A stretch of 64,000 nucleotides of DNA from Candidatus Omnitrophota bacterium (GCA_028713155.1 JAQTPA010000003.1:13966-77965), one strand, 5' to 3'. Shown: positions 20,478 to 31,530, numbered from the stretch's first letter. Notes: a model not told the origin generated them from the letters alone. Numbers and translations: made by a program.

Positions 20478-21799
20478 AAGCTACTTGCGGTGAGCTTATT
20501 TCAGGCAGTAAAGATACTCTGGCAAAGGGTATTTCCATAGACTCGCGTACCATTAAAAAAAACGAAGCCTTCATTGCGATCAAGGGCGATAATTTTGACG
20601 GCCAGGATTTTATTCCGGAAGCAGTCAAGAGAGGCGCTGGTTGCCTAATAACGCAAAAAGAAGTCAGGCAAAAGGGCGTTACATCTATTAGGGTTGATGA
20701 CACAGCCCGCGCCCTGGGGGAGATTGCCTGCTTTAACCGTAAAAGATTTAAAGATATTCCGGTGATTGCGGTCACTGGTTCCAACGGCAAGACTACGGTT
20801 AAAGAGATGATTGCGGGTGTCCTTTCCCGGAAGTTCAAAGTGCTTAAGAATGAAGGGACCAGGAATAACCATATCGGCCTTCCGCTTACGTTGTTAAAAT
20901 TAGATAATTCCTATGATATCGCGGTTTTAGAAATAGGCACTAATCATTTTGGGGAAGTCGAATACCTTACCCGGATAGCTTGTCCGAATATCGGCGTAAT
21001 TACCAATATCGGGCCGGCGCACCTGGAATATTTTAGAAGTTTAAACGGAGTCTTTAAGGAGAAGTATAGCTTGCTTGGCGGATTGCAAAACCCCGCTATC
21101 GCCATATTGAATTCGGATGACGCTTTTTTAAGAAGGATTGCGCTTACAAAAACGCCATCTCCCTTTATTTTAAGTGTAGGATTAAAGCATAAAAGCGACT
21201 TTTTCGCCAGCGGGATTAGCTGCGTCCGCGGCAGGCCAGTTTTTAAGGTAAATCAAAGATTTAAATTTGCATTAAAGACGCTAGGGTATTATAATATCTA
21301 CAACAGCCTTTTTGCTATAGCGGTGGGGAGGGCTTTCGGTTTGAGCTACCGGGATATCTCTTGCGGGTTAGCCGGCTTTAGCCTTCCTGAGGGCAGGCTT
21401 AATTTTATAGAGATAGAGGGAATAAGGTTTATTGATGATACCTATAATTCCAATCCTCTTTCACTAAAGCACGCTTTGGGAGTTTTAGATAATCTTTCCG
21501 TTAGAGGAAAGAAGATCTTTGTTATGGGTGATATGCTGGAGTTAGGGGATTTGAGCCGGGCTTTACACGCTCAAGCCATAAGAGAGGCACTCAAGGTTGC
21601 GGATGCGCTGATAACGGTAGGCGAGCTTACCCGGGCGTGTTTAAATAAAAACAGCAGCGCTAAAAATAAAATATTTAACTGTGCTAGCGCTTCTGAAGCC
21701 CGCAGGATTCTGTTGGAAAAAGTGGGCGTGGTCCCGGGCGATATCGTTTTAGTCAAGGGTTCCCGCAGGATGAAAATGGAAGAGGTCCTTAAAATCTAG
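20453..21799 (+). CDS. murF: UDP-N-acetylmuramoyl-tripeptide--D-alanyl-D-alanine ligase
   Basis: VTGSNGKTT P-loop and Mur ligase central and C-terminal domains. Confidence 0.88.
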   Translation: MFKVSELLKATCGELISGSKDTLAKGISIDSRTIKKNEAFIAIKGDNFDGQDFIPEAVKRGAGCLITQKEVRQKGVTSIRVDDTARALGEIACFNRKRFKDIPVIAVTGSNGKTTVKEMIAGVLSRKFKVLKNEGTRNNHIGLPLTLLKLDNSYDIAVLEIGTNHFGEVEYLTRIACPNIGVITNIGPAHLEYFRSLNGVFKEKYSLLGGLQNPAIAILNSDDAFLRRIALTKTPSPFILSVGLKHKSDFFASGISCVRGRPVFKVNQRFKFALKTLGYYNIYNSLFAIAVGRAFGLSYRDISCGLAGFSLPEGRLNFIEIEGIRFIDDTYNSNPLSLKHALGVLDNLSVRGKKIFVMGDMLELGDLSRALHAQAIREALKVADALITVGELTRACLNKNSSAKNKIFNCASASEARRILLEKVGVVPGDIVLVKGSRRMKMEEVLKI

Positions 21800-22888
21800 A
21801 TGTTCTATAATTTACTCTATCCGCTCCACGACATAATTTCTGCTTTTAATATCTTTCGCTACATAACTTTCCGCGCGGCCATGGCGGTCCTTACCAGTTT
21901 TATCATCAGTTTATTGTTCGGTCCGATCATTATCAGGAAGTTAAAGGCGTTAAAGGTCGGGGAAAAAATCAATAAAGGCGATAGCCTAAAATTGGATGAC
22001 CTGCACCGTTCTAAAACCGATACTCCGACTATGGGTGGGCTGCTTATATTGGCGGCAGTAGTGGCTTCTACACTTTTATGGGCTGACCTTTCCAACAAGT
22101 ATATCTGGGTGGTGCTCTTCAGCACTCTCTGGCTGGGGATAACCGGCTTTGCCGATGATTATTTGAAACAAATCAAGAATAAATCCAGGGGGCTGAGCGT
22201 CAGGGCGAAATTAATCAGCCAGATAATCCTGGGTCTGATTCTGGGTGTTATTTTCTTAATCAGTTTTCAAAATAGTCTGAAGCTGGATGTGCCGTTTATG
22301 AAGCATATCTCCCTGGATTTAGACGGCCTCTATATAATCTTTGTGATTTTAGTCGTAGCCGGTACGTCTAACGCGGTGAACCTGACTGATGGGCTGGATG
22401 GTCTGGCTATCGGCATTGTAGTTATGGTTGCCCTGGCTTTTAGTATCTTAAGCTATGTCTCAGGCAACATCAAATTAAGCGAATACCTGCTCGTCCCGTA
22501 TATTAAGGGGAGCGGCGAATTGACGGTTTTCTGCGCCAGTATCCTGGGTGCAGGTTTAGGTTTTTTGTGGTTTAACTGTTATCCGGCGTCTATTTTTATG
22601 GGAGATGTCGGGTCATTAGCTTTGGGCGGGGCGCTGGGGACAGTAGCGTTATTAATCCGCAAGGAATTACTTTTAGTTATCGTAGGCGGGATATTCGTCG
22701 TAGAGGCATTATCCGTGATTTTACAGGTGGGCTCATTCCGGCTGACCCGGAAACGTATTTTTAAGATCGCGCCGCTCCATCATCACTTTCAATTTCTTAA
22801 CTGGTCGGAGAATAAAGTCATTGTCAGGTTCTGGATTATTGCGGCTCTCCTGGCGCTCTTGACAATAGTGACTTTGAAGATCCGTTAA
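21800..22888 (+). CDS. mraY: Phospho-N-acetylmuramoyl-pentapeptide transferase
   Basis: Polytopic membrane protein with NAVNLTDGLDGLA and the HHHF..L motif. Confidence 0.9.
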   Translation: MFYNLLYPLHDIISAFNIFRYITFRAAMAVLTSFIISLLFGPIIIRKLKALKVGEKINKGDSLKLDDLHRSKTDTPTMGGLLILAAVVASTLLWADLSNKYIWVVLFSTLWLGITGFADDYLKQIKNKSRGLSVRAKLISQIILGLILGVIFLISFQNSLKLDVPFMKHISLDLDGLYIIFVILVVAGTSNAVNLTDGLDGLAIGIVVMVALAFSILSYVSGNIKLSEYLLVPYIKGSGELTVFCASILGAGLGFLWFNCYPASIFMGDVGSLALGGALGTVALLIRKELLLVIVGGIFVVEALSVILQVGSFRLTRKRIFKIAPLHHHFQFLNWSENKVIVRFWIIAALLALLTIVTLKIR

Positions 22889-22896
22889 CCTATTCC

Positions 22897-24165
22897 ATGA
22901 AGAATAAGGATTGTTTTAAAGGTAAGCAGGTCCTGGTCGCAGGCCTTGCGCGCAGCGGGGTGGCCTCGGCAAATCTGCTTTATGATTTAGGTGCGCAAGT
23001 TTTTATTACGGATAATCAGGATAACGCAAATATCCGCCGGGCCTTAAGCCAGTTGAAATCAAAAGATATCAAAGTAGAGCTAGGCAAGCACTCGCGGGAT
23101 TTTGTCAGAGGTAAAGACAGCGTTGTTGTTTCTCCCGGGATCCCCAATAATGCCTTACCCGTTATTTGGGCTAAAGATGAAAATATCCCCGTAATCAGCG
23201 AAATTGAATTGGCCTGGATTCTGTGCCCCGCGCAGGTTATTGCCGTAACCGGGACCAACGGTAAAACCACAGTTACGACTTTAATCGGGAAAGTGCTTAG
23301 CGCCGCGGGCAAAAGAGTCTTTACCTGCGGGAATATCGGCAGGCCTTTTTGCGCGGAAGTAGGGAAAATGCAGGAAGGGGATTTTGCGGTGTTGGAAATA
23401 AGTTCTTTCCAGCTGGAGTATATAGATACGTTTAAGCCTAAGATTTGCGTGTTTCTTAATTTAAGCCGTAACCATCTTGACCGTTATAAAGATATGGCGG
23501 AGTACCTTGCGGCTAAAAAACGGATATTCCAAAACCAGGATGCCGCGGATTATGCAGTTTTAAATTATGATGATCCGGCTATCCGCTCTTTGGCCAAAGA
23601 GCTAAAATCAACGACCGTCTATTTTCGTAAAAAAGAAGGCCTGAACCCGAATCAGTCAGCGGTCCTGAGCGTAGCTGCGCTACTCGGCATAAATAAAGAT
23701 TCGGTAATGAAGGTTTTCGGGGAATTTAAAGGCGTAGAACACCGCCTGGAAGATGTCCTTGAAATTAACGGAGTGCGGTTTATTAATGATTCCAAGTCTA
23801 CGACTACCGAGGCCACTGTCTGGGCTTTGAATAATTTAAGCGGACCCCTGATTTTGATCGCCGGAGGGAGGGAGAAGGGAAATGATTATAGCAAGGCCGT
23901 GGAATTGGCCGCTAAAAAAGTAAAAGCCGCTGTTTTAATCGGAGAGGCAAAGGAAAAAATAAAAAAAGTATTTTCCGGTTCGCTTAATACGCTTGAGGCA
24001 GCGACGCTGGAAGAGGCGGTAAAGAAAGCTTACCGGTTGGCCCTCCCGGGAGATTGCGTTTTGTTCTCGCCTATGTGTAAGAGCTTCGATATGTTTTCTG
24101 ATTACGAAGACAGGGGCAGGTTTTTTAAAAATATAGTTTTTAAATTGGATAAAGCGAAGGTTTAA
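22897..24165 (+). CDS. murD: UDP-N-acetylmuramoylalanine--D-glutamate ligase
   Basis: VTGTNGKTT P-loop and an N-terminal Rossmann-like motif GLARSG. Confidence 0.88.
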   Translation: MKNKDCFKGKQVLVAGLARSGVASANLLYDLGAQVFITDNQDNANIRRALSQLKSKDIKVELGKHSRDFVRGKDSVVVSPGIPNNALPVIWAKDENIPVISEIELAWILCPAQVIAVTGTNGKTTVTTLIGKVLSAAGKRVFTCGNIGRPFCAEVGKMQEGDFAVLEISSFQLEYIDTFKPKICVFLNLSRNHLDRYKDMAEYLAAKKRIFQNQDAADYAVLNYDDPAIRSLAKELKSTTVYFRKKEGLNPNQSAVLSVAALLGINKDSVMKVFGEFKGVEHRLEDVLEINGVRFINDSKSTTTEATVWALNNLSGPLILIAGGREKGNDYSKAVELAAKKVKAAVLIGEAKEKIKKVFSGSLNTLEAATLEEAVKKAYRLALPGDCVLFSPMCKSFDMFSDYEDRGRFFKNIVFKLDKAKV

Positions 24166-24167
24166 AT

Positions 24168-25262
24168 ATGGTCCGTAATATCAGGGTAAGTTTATTTACC
24201 GTTGCCGTGATCCTCATGTGCATCGGGGTAGTGATGATTTACAGCTCTTCCAGTATTTATGCCTGGGAAAAGTATAAGGATGGTTTCTTCTTTCTGAAAA
24301 GGCATCTTATTTTTATGCTTATCGGCGGCGTCCTGACTTTTTTCTTTATGAGCATTGATTACCGAAAGCTTAAGGTATTTGCCCGGCCGGTATTAATCAT
24401 CTCCCTGATTTTGCTGGTTTTGGTCCTTATTCCCGGTTTAGGCAGGGAGGTCTCCGGTGCGCGCAGATGGTTCAGGTTCAAATTCTTAAGTTTCCAGCCA
24501 TCGGAGCTGGCTAACCTGGCTATCATTATCTATATGGCGGATTTTATCAGCCGCAAAGGAAACCTGATGAAGACTTTTTTTAAAGGGTTCCTGGCGCCGA
24601 TGTGCGTTTTAGCCGTTTTTGCTCTGCTCATTATGCTGCAGCCGGATTTAGGCAGCACTATAGCCCTAAGCGCCGTAGTCCTGGTTATGCTTTTTGTATC
24701 CGGAGTACGCCCGGCCTATATCTTATCCTTGATTTTAGCCAGCCTGCCCGTGTTGTATTTTTTGATATTCAGCGTGGCTTACCGCAAAGCGCGGATCCTG
24801 GCATTTTTAAATCCCTGGGTAGACCCTAAAGGAAGCGGCTTCCAGATAATTCAGTCACAGGTAGCCCTGGGTTCCGGCGGTTTATTCGGCGTAGGGCTGG
24901 GTCACTCCAAGCAAAAGTTATTTTATCTTCCGGCAGCGCATACGGATTTTATTTTTTCCATAATCGGTGAAGAGCTGGGGTTAATCGGCACCATCGGCGT
25001 AATAATATTATTCATTATTTTTATCCGGCAGGGGATTAAGGTAATCAAGAGTGCCCCGGATAAATTCGGGTATTTTCTAGCCTTAGGCCTGGTAGCGATG
25101 ATTGCTTTCCGGGTGGTGATTAATATCGGAGTTTCCTGCGGGGTTTTACCTACCAAGGGCCTGCCTTTGCCGTTTATCAGTTACGGAGGGTCCTCTTTTA
25201 TTTTTGATATGATCTGCGTGGGGATACTGGTAAATATTGCACGCACCGGAGAATACCCATAA
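24168..25262 (+). CDS. ftsW: Peptidoglycan glycosyltransferase FtsW (SEDS family)
   Basis: Ten-TM SEDS signature: GS..QPSE, PAAHTDFIF.....ELG, LPTKGLPLPFISYGGSS. Confidence 0.88.
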   Translation: MVRNIRVSLFTVAVILMCIGVVMIYSSSSIYAWEKYKDGFFFLKRHLIFMLIGGVLTFFFMSIDYRKLKVFARPVLIISLILLVLVLIPGLGREVSGARRWFRFKFLSFQPSELANLAIIIYMADFISRKGNLMKTFFKGFLAPMCVLAVFALLIMLQPDLGSTIALSAVVLVMLFVSGVRPAYILSLILASLPVLYFLIFSVAYRKARILAFLNPWVDPKGSGFQIIQSQVALGSGGLFGVGLGHSKQKLFYLPAAHTDFIFSIIGEELGLIGTIGVIILFIIFIRQGIKVIKSAPDKFGYFLALGLVAMIAFRVVINIGVSCGVLPTKGLPLPFISYGGSSFIFDMICVGILVNIARTGEYP

Positions 25263-26353
25263 TGAAAATTTTGGTAGTTGCCGGCGCCAGCGGCGGGCAT
25301 ATTTTTCCCGCGGCCAGCTTTATTTGCGCCTTGCAAGATAAGCAGGAAGGAACAGAGACGCTTCTGGTCCTGGCGTCCAGGAGCATTAAGACCGGCATTG
25401 TGCTGGACAAATATAAGGTAAGGTATATCTCTATTTCCGGGATCAGCCGGAGTATTGATATCAGTAATCTCATTGCCCTGGGTAAATTCCTCAAGGGCAC
25501 CTGGGAGAGCTTGAAGATAATCGTTGAATTTAAGCCGGAGATTGTCGTTGGTTTCGGGGGGTTAGACTGCATTCCCTGTTTATTTTTCGCCTGGCTTTTT
25601 AGGATTAAGACCTTAATCCATGAACAGAATGTTTTGCCCGGACGCGCCAATCGTTTATTAGCCAAGTTCGTTGACCGGGTGGCCGTTTCTTTTAGCGAAA
25701 CAAAAGATTATCTGAATATAAACCCGGGGAAAATAGTGGTTACCGGTAACCCCTTGCGCCGGCAGTTGAAGCAAATCGATCAGGCCCGGGCCTTGGATTT
25801 TTTTGGCCTGGATAAGGATAAGTTAACGCTATTGGTGATGGGCGGAAGCCAGGGCAGCCAGCATATTAATACGGAATTTCTTAGGGCAGCGGCATTATTA
25901 AAAGATGCTTCAAAATTACAGGTTATCCATCTTACGGGAACAGGTTCTTGCGCAGCGATTAAACAGGCCTATAATAAAATAAGGATTACTGCCAGGGTTT
26001 TTGGTTTTTTTACGGATATGGAGCAAGCCTACAGTGCTTCTGACCTGGTCATCTCGCGTTCCGGAGCGACTACCGTAACAGAGTTGATATTTTTTGGGAA
26101 GCCGGCAATAATTTCTCCTTATCCTTATGCTTACAGCCATCAACTGGAGAATGCCAGGATATTAAAAGAAAAAGGCTGCGCGGTGGTAATAAAAGACGCT
26201 GAACTGGATAAGGATGTACTCAGGCAAACACTGGAATTGTTTATCAATAATCCCGCAGAGATTGAAGCAATGCGCTCAGGGTTTAGAGATCTAGCTAAGC
26301 CTGACGCGGCAAGTTTATTGGCTGAAGCGGCGTTATCTCTTGAACTACAGTAA
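25262..26353 (+). CDS. murG: UDP-N-acetylglucosamine--N-acetylmuramyl-(pentapeptide) pyrophosphoryl-undecaprenol GlcNAc transferase
   Basis: GGTGGHIFPA N-terminus and the GT28 C-terminal domain. Confidence 0.88.
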   Translation: MKILVVAGASGGHIFPAASFICALQDKQEGTETLLVLASRSIKTGIVLDKYKVRYISISGISRSIDISNLIALGKFLKGTWESLKIIVEFKPEIVVGFGGLDCIPCLFFAWLFRIKTLIHEQNVLPGRANRLLAKFVDRVAVSFSETKDYLNINPGKIVVTGNPLRRQLKQIDQARALDFFGLDKDKLTLLVMGGSQGSQHINTEFLRAAALLKDASKLQVIHLTGTGSCAAIKQAYNKIRITARVFGFFTDMEQAYSASDLVISRSGATTVTELIFFGKPAIISPYPYAYSHQLENARILKEKGCAVVIKDAELDKDVLRQTLELFINNPAEIEAMRSGFRDLAKPDAASLLAEAALSLELQ

Positions 26354-27721
26354 ATGAAAAAACATTATCATCTTATCGGCATCGGCGGTATCGGCATGAG
26401 CGGCATCGCGCAGCTGCTTTTAGCCTGCGGCTGTAAAGTAAGCGGTTCAGACCTTAAGGAAAACCGGATTACCGCGAGCCTTAAGGAATCCGGGGCGCAA
26501 GTTTTCTTAGGGCATAATGCCGGGAATATCCGGGGAGTGGACGCCGTGGTTTATTCCTCGGCGATAAAAGAAGATAATCCTGAACTCATCGAGGCGAGGA
26601 AACAAAGCCTGCCTTTAGTTGTACGCGCCCAGGCCCTGGCCGAGCTTATGCAGGATAAGACCGTGATCACTGTTAGCGGCAGCCACGGCAAAACCACTAC
26701 AACTTCTTTAGTTGCGTATCTGTTGCTTGAAGCAGGGCTTTTTCCTACTGTGGCCGTAGGAGGGATCCTTAAAAACATAGATACTAATGCCTGCTTAGGC
26801 GACGGTAAATTCTTCGTGGCTGAAGCGGATGAATCCGACGGCTCTTTCCTGTATTATAAGCCGAAATATTCCATTGTTACCAATATTGACCGCGAGCACC
26901 TGGATTACTATAAGAGCTTCGGAAAAGAGATTGACGCTTTCAGGGAGTTCCTGAACAGGACAGATGAGGATGGCTGTGTTTTTTGTTCGGGAGACGACGC
27001 TAATCTAAGGGAAATTCTCAAAAGTTACCGGAAAAAATACGTCTTATTCGGGTTAAAAGAAACCAGCCAGGTTTATCCTGAAAATATAAAATTAGACGGA
27101 TTAACCAGCGAATTTGACTGTTATTATAAAGATAAATTTATAGCCAGGTTTAACCTTGCCCTGGGCGGAGAGCATAATATCTCCAACGCTTTGGCAGTGG
27201 TTGCTTTGGGGATCGAGTTAGGCATAGGTTTAGAATTTATCCAGAAGGCGCTCTCCGGATATAAGGGGGCGCGAAGGCGCCTAGAGATAAAATTTAAGGA
27301 TCATAATTATACGGTTATTGATGATTACGCGCATCATCCGACGGAGATCCAGGCTACCCTCAAATGCGTTGCCAATTTAAAGGCTAAGAGGTCTATTGCC
27401 ATATTCCAGCCGCACCGTTATACGCGCACGCAGTTACTTCTGGACGAGTTTGCCAAAAGTTTTGACAGTATAGACCATTTGGTCATTACGGACATCTACG
27501 CAGCCAGCGAACCGCCTATTCCGGGGGTGAGCGCTCAACTCCTCTGTGAAAAAATAAAGGAGCATAAGCCAGGGGAAACAGTTAATTTTATTCCCAAAGA
27601 AAAAATCATAGAGCATGTTTTAGGGATCTTAAAATCCGGCGACCTGGTAATTACTCTAGGGGCAGGAGATATAGTAAAGGTAAGCGATGAATTGGCCGAG
27701 AGGTTGCAGGGCAAAAGCTGA
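26354..27721 (+). CDS. murC: UDP-N-acetylmuramate--L-alanine ligase
   Basis: HLIGIGGIGMSGIA N-terminus and VSGSHGKTTTT P-loop. Confidence 0.9.
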   Translation: MKKHYHLIGIGGIGMSGIAQLLLACGCKVSGSDLKENRITASLKESGAQVFLGHNAGNIRGVDAVVYSSAIKEDNPELIEARKQSLPLVVRAQALAELMQDKTVITVSGSHGKTTTTSLVAYLLLEAGLFPTVAVGGILKNIDTNACLGDGKFFVAEADESDGSFLYYKPKYSIVTNIDREHLDYYKSFGKEIDAFREFLNRTDEDGCVFCSGDDANLREILKSYRKKYVLFGLKETSQVYPENIKLDGLTSEFDCYYKDKFIARFNLALGGEHNISNALAVVALGIELGIGLEFIQKALSGYKGARRRLEIKFKDHNYTVIDDYAHHPTEIQATLKCVANLKAKRSIAIFQPHRYTRTQLLLDEFAKSFDSIDHLVITDIYAASEPPIPGVSAQLLCEKIKEHKPGETVNFIPKEKIIEHVLGILKSGDLVITLGAGDIVKVSDELAERLQGKS

Positions 27722-28562
27722 ATATCCATTAAAGGATAAAACTACTTTTAAGATCGGTGGCTGTGCGCAGTTTTTTAGCGAGCCAGAGGACCTTACGGAG
27801 TTAAAGTTTTTACTGGGGGCAGCCAAAAAAAATAAGCTGCCTGTTTTTGTGCTGGGCGCAGGGAGCAATCTTTTGATCAGCGATAAGGGGGTAAAGGGCC
27901 TGGTCATAAAATTAAACTCCGCGTATTTTAAGAAGGTAGCGTTGAAGGGGAGTTGTCTTGAGGCGGGAAGCGGAGTTACTCTAAGCCAGCTCATTAAATT
28001 CGCGCAAACTAAATCTCTGGCCGGTCTGGAATTCCTGGCGGGTATTCCCGGCACGCTCGGCGGGGCATTGGCCATGAATGCCGGATGCTGGGAAAGCGCC
28101 ATAGGAGATTTGGTAAAAGAAGTAGGCGTGATGGATTATAGCGGCAGGATAAAAATCTTAGGCAGCAAGGAGATTAAGTTTAGTTACCGTAAATCCAGCC
28201 TGGAAAAATATATTATTTTAAGCGCTCTCTTGGGGCTTAAAAAAAGCAGCCGTCGGCAAATCCAAAAAAATATAAGTAAATATCTTATGTTCCGGCGCAA
28301 AGCCCAGGATCTAAGCCAGCCCAATGCCGGGTGTATCTTCAGGAATCCGCCGCAGCGCTACGCCGGAAAACTCATTGATCTGTGCGGATTAAAGGGGAGA
28401 AGATCAGGGGGCGCTTTTGTTTCAGAGCGCCACGCTAATTTTATCCTGAATCTCAGCAAGGCGAGCGCAAAAGATGTATTAGGGCTTATGCGGATAATCA
28501 AAAAAAAGGTTAAGGATAAATTTAAAATAACTTTACAGCCAGAGATAAAAATATGGGCCTGA
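27687..28562 (+). CDS. murB: UDP-N-acetylenolpyruvoylglucosamine reductase
   Basis: FAD-binding N-terminus (KDKTTFKIGG, VLGAGSNLL) and C-terminal MurB domain. The only in-frame start overlaps murC by 35 nt. Confidence 0.8.
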   Translation: MNWPRGCRAKAEYPLKDKTTFKIGGCAQFFSEPEDLTELKFLLGAAKKNKLPVFVLGAGSNLLISDKGVKGLVIKLNSAYFKKVALKGSCLEAGSGVTLSQLIKFAQTKSLAGLEFLAGIPGTLGGALAMNAGCWESAIGDLVKEVGVMDYSGRIKILGSKEIKFSYRKSSLEKYIILSALLGLKKSSRRQIQKNISKYLMFRRKAQDLSQPNAGCIFRNPPQRYAGKLIDLCGLKGRRSGGAFVSERHANFILNLSKASAKDVLGLMRIIKKKVKDKFKITLQPEIKIWA

Positions 28563-29494
28563 AAGAAAAATTCGGCAGGGTAGGCGTTTTAATGGCCGGG
28601 CCTTCTACGGAGAAAAAGATCTCTCTTAAATCCGGCCAGGCGGTCTGCGCAGCGCTTCAGAGATCCGGTTTGCAGGTTACGCCCGTATTGATTAAAACCG
28701 ATAAGCTCAAGGATAATGTCCGTTTATTGAAGCTTAAGAAAATAGATTGCGCTTTTATCGCCCTCCATGGCAGGTTTGGCGAAGATGGGGAGATCCAGAA
28801 AATCTTGAGCGATCTTAAGATCCCTTACACCGGTTCAGGGGTCAGGGCCAGCCGCCTGGCCATGGATAAGGTCAGCTCGCGGAAAATATTCCAGAAATAC
28901 GGATTAAAAGTGCCGCGGTCTTGGGTGTTCAGCCGGGATACTTACCGGGGCTTTTATTGCGCTAAGTTAGGTTTGCCTTTAGTGGTTAAGCCGGCAACCC
29001 ACGGTTCGAGCATAGGCCTTTCTATCGTGGGTAAATTAAAAGATATCCCCGCGGCAATAGAACTGGCTTTTAAATTTGATAAAAAAATAATTATTGAAGA
29101 ATATATAAAAGGCAGGGAGCTTACTGTCGGGATATTGGAAGAAAAAGCCATGCCGGTAATCGAGATCGTCCCCAAGCGCGCCTTCTTTGATTTCCAGGCT
29201 AAATATCAGAAAGGCCTGACCCGTTATATTGTACCGGCTAAATTATCCCCGGGTCTTACCCGGAGCGTAAAGGAAGCGGCATTGTCCGCGCATAAACTCC
29301 TGGGCTGCATCGGTTGTTCCAGGGTAGATATTATCCTGGATGAGAAAAACACGCCGTTTATCCTGGAAGTAAATACCATCCCGGGGTTGACCGCAACCAG
29401 CCTGCTGCCCAAGGCGGCTAAAAAATCAGGCATAAGTTTTACCGCGCTCTGCCTTAAATTAATCAAGTTGGCATATGAAAAAAAGAAAAGTTAA
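28553..29494 (+). CDS. ddl: D-alanine--D-alanine ligase
   Basis: ATP-grasp fold with HG..GEDG and an EVNT.PG C-terminal motif. Confidence 0.88.
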   Translation: MGLKEKFGRVGVLMAGPSTEKKISLKSGQAVCAALQRSGLQVTPVLIKTDKLKDNVRLLKLKKIDCAFIALHGRFGEDGEIQKILSDLKIPYTGSGVRASRLAMDKVSSRKIFQKYGLKVPRSWVFSRDTYRGFYCAKLGLPLVVKPATHGSSIGLSIVGKLKDIPAAIELAFKFDKKIIIEEYIKGRELTVGILEEKAMPVIEIVPKRAFFDFQAKYQKGLTRYIVPAKLSPGLTRSVKEAALSAHKLLGCIGCSRVDIILDEKNTPFILEVNTIPGLTATSLLPKAAKKSGISFTALCLKLIKLAYEKKKS

Positions 29495-30287
29495 TTTTCC
29501 AACCAGGGTTTTAGTTTTTAGTTTGGTAATTCTTCTTGCCTTGTTATTTATTCTGGGTTATATTTGGAGAGTCTTGTCCGCGGCGGATTATTTTTTGGTC
29601 AGGGATGTTATCGCGAATCAGGTTTCCAATATCGACCTTTCTTACCTCAAAGGGAAAAACATTTTCAGCCTTTCCCTGCCGAGAGAATCGGAGAATATCG
29701 CCAGGTTCTGCCCGGATTGTTCGCGAGTCAGACTGGCCAGGATCATACCCGACCGTATCTTCGTGGAGTTCGTTAAACGTAAGCCTGTTGCTTTTATAAA
29801 ATTCTACCGTTATTTTGCGGTTGACGCAGAAGGGTTTATTTTTTCCAGTCCCCTTCAGCCGCAAGATTCAGGCCTGCCTGCCGGTCAGGCAGGGCTGCCG
29901 GTAATCCTGGGTCTGGAAACTAAAATCTTCGGGCCTAAAACCGGGAAGAGGTATAATAATAAGGAGCTTTCCGTCGCCCTGCTCATTCTTAAAGAGGCCG
30001 GAAAGAACCGGCTATTCAGGGACTATAAGATCCGAAAAATAAATGTAACGGGGGAAGATGATATTACGATCCAAATACCTATTTTAAGGGGGCAGGATAC
30101 TTACGCCAACTGGAAGGCCCCGGAAAAAAACGGTTTTTTGGAGGTTAAGATCGGGCAGGGCAATATCCGGGATAAGGTTGCGATTATGGCCGGCTTAATC
30201 AACCAGGAAAAACACAATCTTGACAATATAAAGTATATAGACCTGAGATTCAAGGAACCGGTGATAAAATTTAAAGATGTTAAATAA
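29475..30287 (+). CDS. ftsQ: Cell division protein FtsQ (POTRA)
   Basis: Single N-terminal TM and a POTRA-like periplasmic domain, in the conserved position between ddl and ftsA. Confidence 0.7.
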   Translation: MKKRKVNFPTRVLVFSLVILLALLFILGYIWRVLSAADYFLVRDVIANQVSNIDLSYLKGKNIFSLSLPRESENIARFCPDCSRVRLARIIPDRIFVEFVKRKPVAFIKFYRYFAVDAEGFIFSSPLQPQDSGLPAGQAGLPVILGLETKIFGPKTGKRYNNKELSVALLILKEAGKNRLFRDYKIRKINVTGEDDITIQIPILRGQDTYANWKAPEKNGFLEVKIGQGNIRDKVAIMAGLINQEKHNLDNIKYIDLRFKEPVIKFKDVK

Positions 30288-31530
30288 TTATATTTGTACT
30301 TTGGATATCGGCTCAAGCAAAATTTCTGCCTGCCTGGCGTATTTCAAAAAGAAGCGGCTGGCTAGTATTTATTTCGAATCTTTGCCTGTCCAGGGTATGC
30401 GGGAAGGCTCAATCGTAGATTCTATCGGTTTAATCGGTTCGGTCACTAAGGCCTTGAAAAACCTGAAGGCCAAATCCGGGGTAAATATTAAATTTATCTC
30501 GGTAAACATCTCCGGACAGGATATTGTTACTAAGCACAGCCACGCCATTATCCCGCTTGCCGAAAGGGGGAATAAGGTAATTACTGTTTCGGATATGCAA
30601 AAGGTAAATGAGCAGGCACGCGTCCTCGGCTCAAGCCTGGAAGAAGAAATAATCCACATGATCCCTTTTAGTTACACGATAGATTCCAAGAATAATATTC
30701 CTAACCCCCTGGGGCTTTACAGCCACAGGCTGGAAGTGGAGTTATACCTGGTCTGCGGTAAGTTATCTTCAGTGCAGAGCCTGGCCCGGGTGATTAACCA
30801 ATCGGGATATGAAATAAAAGATTTATTTTTTTCAGGCCTGGCTACCAGCAAGGCGGTCTTTAGCCCCGGAGCCAGAGAGGGCTTAAATTTATTCTGCGAT
30901 ATAGGAGGAGATACGACCGAGATACTGGTATTTAAGGACGGCCTGCTTAAGGATATCCAGGTTTTGCCTTTCGGGGGGGATGATTTAACCCGGGAGCTTT
31001 CCGATAACTTAAAAATAAATTTTGATTTAGCCGAAGATATTAAGAGGTCATACGGCATTATTGCCGGTTTCAATGAAATAGGCGAGGATAAGGAGATCTT
31101 AGTCAAAAAAAGCGAATTCTATAAACCGATAAAACAAAAACTGGTGGCAGAGATTATTACTGCTTCGGCTAAGTCCATCTGCGCAAAGATAAAAGAGGCT
31201 GTTGAGAAGAAGGCGGCGCTTTATGAAATCAATAATTTTGTGGTCGTCGGCCGGACGGTTCTGGTAGAAGGTTTTATTGAGACCCTGGAGAATGTCCTGG
31301 GCGTAGCGGTAAAGCTGGGAAGGATTACTAATTTAGAGATAGTTTCCATAATCAAGGAAAATAGTGAGTTGTCCGGCCAGAAGTATTTAACCTACCTGAC
31401 CTGTTTGGGTATGCTTTGCGAAGCGCTGGAGACTAAGCCCCCGGGAATTTTACCGCTGCACCAACCTGCCAAAAACCTTTTCCTAAAAACTGTCAACAGA
31501 GTCAAGGAAGTATATCAGGAATATTTCTAA
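30277..31530 (+). CDS. ftsA: Cell division protein FtsA
   Basis: Actin-like ATPase (LDIGSSKISA, DIGGDTTE) with a C-terminal amphipathic helix. Confidence 0.88.
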   Translation: MLNNYICTLDIGSSKISACLAYFKKKRLASIYFESLPVQGMREGSIVDSIGLIGSVTKALKNLKAKSGVNIKFISVNISGQDIVTKHSHAIIPLAERGNKVITVSDMQKVNEQARVLGSSLEEEIIHMIPFSYTIDSKNNIPNPLGLYSHRLEVELYLVCGKLSSVQSLARVINQSGYEIKDLFFSGLATSKAVFSPGAREGLNLFCDIGGDTTEILVFKDGLLKDIQVLPFGGDDLTRELSDNLKINFDLAEDIKRSYGIIAGFNEIGEDKEILVKKSEFYKPIKQKLVAEIITASAKSICAKIKEAVEKKAALYEINNFVVVGRTVLVEGFIETLENVLGVAVKLGRITNLEIVSIIKENSELSGQKYLTYLTCLGMLCEALETKPPGILPLHQPAKNLFLKTVNRVKEVYQEYF